Below, in pieces: positions 62,668-64,000 of a stretch of 64,000 nt of DNA. The stretch is taken from the NCBI GenBank assembly GCA_944383935.1, contig CALWRK010000002.1, positions 1,064 through 65,063 on the forward strand, given 5' to 3'. Origin of the DNA: an uncultured Clostridia bacterium (GTDB lineage Bacteria; Bacillota; Clostridia; Christensenellales; UBA3700). Each line of letters begins with the position of its first letter. The stretch's first letter is position 1. The position numbers and the translations under genes are program-made. Under the pieces are notes generated by a model, which saw nothing but the letters and a program-made list of their open reading frames with translations, ran no database searches and was not told where the DNA came from.

Positions 62668-64000
62668 CTATCCAATACCTTAAACAGTTCTTCTCTGTCG
62701 CTGTACAAAGTTTTGACGCCTCCCGCGTCGATATACCCTTCGCTGCCCTTTCCGGCTATAAGCACCACGTCGCCTTCTTTCGCCATGGAACAGGCAAGCG
62801 CCACAGCCTCTTTCCTGTCATCAATGCAAACTGCCCTCCCGTCTATTCCCTGCATGATGTCCTTAGCTATATCCGACTGCTCTTCCATGCGCGGATTGTC
62901 CTCGGTAATTATCACTTCGTCGGCAAGGCGCGATGCTATCTTCCCCATCACTGCTCTCTTTCCCTTATCCCTGTCGCCTCCGCAGCCGAACACCAGGATC
63001 AGCTCCCCTTTGCACAGTTTCCTAGCCTGTGTGAGCACATTCTCCAAACCGTCCGGAGTATGGGCAAAATCTATGATATATGTCTTTCCGTCCCTTTTAT
63101 ACACGTTAAATCTCCCCTCAGGCGCGGGAGTTGAATTCATGGCGCGGGCTATATTTGCACAATCTGCGCCCAACTCCCCTACGCAAGCTATCGCGGCGAG
63201 GGAGTTACTCACGTTGAACTCCCCGTGCAGTTTCGAACGTATCTCCATAAGGCAATCCCTGTCGTTTACCACATATCCGCACTTGTCCCCTTGGACTATG
63301 TTCACCGCGAACACGTCCGCCGGATTGTATAGCCCATATGTAACTACGGGCACCTTGACAGAGTTGATGAGCCTTACTCCCTCCGCACTATCCGAATTTA
63401 TCACAGCTTTTTTTATGTGTTCGGACGTAAAAAAGGAAAATTTTGTCTGCCCATACTCCTCCATATCTTTGAAAAAGTCCAGGTGATCGCGTGTGAGATT
63501 GGTAAATACCCCCATATCGAACACTATTCCGTCCGTCTTATGCCAATAAAGCGCGTGCGCAGACACCTCCATGGCGGCGGCCTTACATCCGCAATCTGCA
63601 AAATGCGCGAGTATTTTATTGAGTTCGTAGGGGTCGGGAGTTGTGAGCATGGACGGCGATTTCTCGCACCCGTCGTGAATATACATAGTCCCGATAAGTC
63701 CGCACCGAATTCCGCACTTGCAAGCTATTTTATGGATCAGATACGCCACGGTGGATTTGCCGTTCGTGCCGGTAACTCCGATGAGTTTGAGCTTGCGCGC
63801 GGGATTGGAGAAAAAATTCTCGCATACTCTCGCATACGCGCCGCGCACGTCTCCCGTAATTATCTGCGCCGCATTGTCTTTAAGCGGCGTATCCGTAAGT
63901 ATCGCGCGCGCACCCTTTTCCAAAGCCTCGCGGACGAACCTCTTTCCGTCACTCTTTGTGCCCGTTAATGCCACAAACAGATCCCCCGGGCGCACATCTC
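62664..64000 (-). CDS. murE: UDP-N-acetylmuramoyl-L-alanyl-D-glutamate--2,6-diaminopimelate ligase (5' end beyond window)
   Basis: GVTGTNGKST P-loop, DNPR motif (ITEDNPRMEE), FGCGGDRD. The frame stays open to the window edge, so the track's Met at 63995 is internal. Confidence 0.9.
   Translation of the reverse strand, partial: DVRPGDLFVALTGTKSDGKRFVREALEKGARAILTDTPLKDNAAQIITGDVRGAYARVCENFFSNPARKLKLIGVTGTNGKSTVAYLIHKIACKCGIRCGLIGTMYIHDGCEKSPSMLTTPDPYELNKILAHFADCGCKAAAMEVSAHALYWHKTDGIVFDMGVFTNLTRDHLDFFKDMEEYGQTKFSFFTSEHIKKAVINSDSAEGVRLINSVKVPVVTYGLYNPADVFAVNIVQGDKCGYVVNDRDCLMEIRSKLHGEFNVSNSLAAIACVGELGADCANIARAMNSTPAPEGRFNVYKRDGKTYIIDFAHTPDGLENVLTQARKLCKGELILVFGCGGDRDKGKRAVMGKIASRLADEVIITEDNPRMEEQSDIAKDIMQGIDGRAVCIDDRKEAVALACSMAKEGDVVLIAGKGSEGYIDAGGVKTLYSDREELFKVLDR

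Noticed and set aside
62533-63486. 317-aa + strand ORF, plus similar ones at 35186..36055, 31074..31985 and 33312..34196
   Set aside because: All are antisense to highly conserved minus-strand genes (murE, tsf/rpsB, dxr, uppS/frr). None has a family signature.
1-64000. Scan for CRISPR repeats, IS elements or transposases, integrases, prophage or defence-island genes, tRNA and rRNA
   Set aside because: I saw no direct-repeat arrays, no transposase, integrase or toxin-like ORFs, and no cloverleaf-like or rRNA-like segments. Intergenic space is nearly exhausted by the promoters, terminators and rnpB listed above.

Overview
This is a 64-kb core-chromosome segment of a spore-forming Firmicute (Clostridia-like, roughly 50% GC by eye). 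Every credible gene, about 62 CDS plus one RNA gene, lies on the minus strand. Most + strand ORFs in the track are antisense shadows. Reading down the minus strand (high to low coordinates), the window joins several conserved Firmicute blocks. (1) A dcw/sporulation block: murE-mraY-murD-ftsW-murA-ftsQ-ftsA-ftsZ-spoIIGA-sigE-sigG-ylmC-nrdR-sigK. (2) RNase P RNA. (3) An accessory-looking insert: a ~2,500-codon cyclic beta-1,2-glucan-synthase-type gene plus an orphan lipoprotein. (4) rarA, an ABC transporter pair, ruvX and a DUF1292 gene. (5) The rpsB-tsf-pyrH-frr-uppS-cdsA-dxr-rseP-ispG-[PolC-like exonuclease]-rimP-nusA-ylxR-ylxQ-infB-rbfA-nrnA-truB-ribF block. (6) An endonuclease IV-like gene, pepP and efp. 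(7) spoIIIAA-AH, asp23, nusB, folD, xseAB, ispA, dxs, tlyA, nadK, argR, recN, spoIVB and purB. I found no CRISPR array, IS element, integrase, tRNA or rRNA. The observations most worth a second look are these. First, the GT84 + cyclase + GH94 megaenzyme sits in a Gram-positive spore-former. Second, near-consensus sigma-A promoters recur only 5-9 nt upstream of SD-less ATG codons (rarA, ftsA, spoIIGA, nadK and a membrane protein), which suggests leaderless mRNAs. Third, a 512-aa PolC-N-terminus/OB/exonuclease protein occupies the canonical polC slot without PHP or polymerase domains. Fourth, the FtsA homologue has degenerate ATP-binding motifs. Fifth, SpoIIIAG is unusually short. All functional calls come from reading motifs and synteny by eye; no database search was run.
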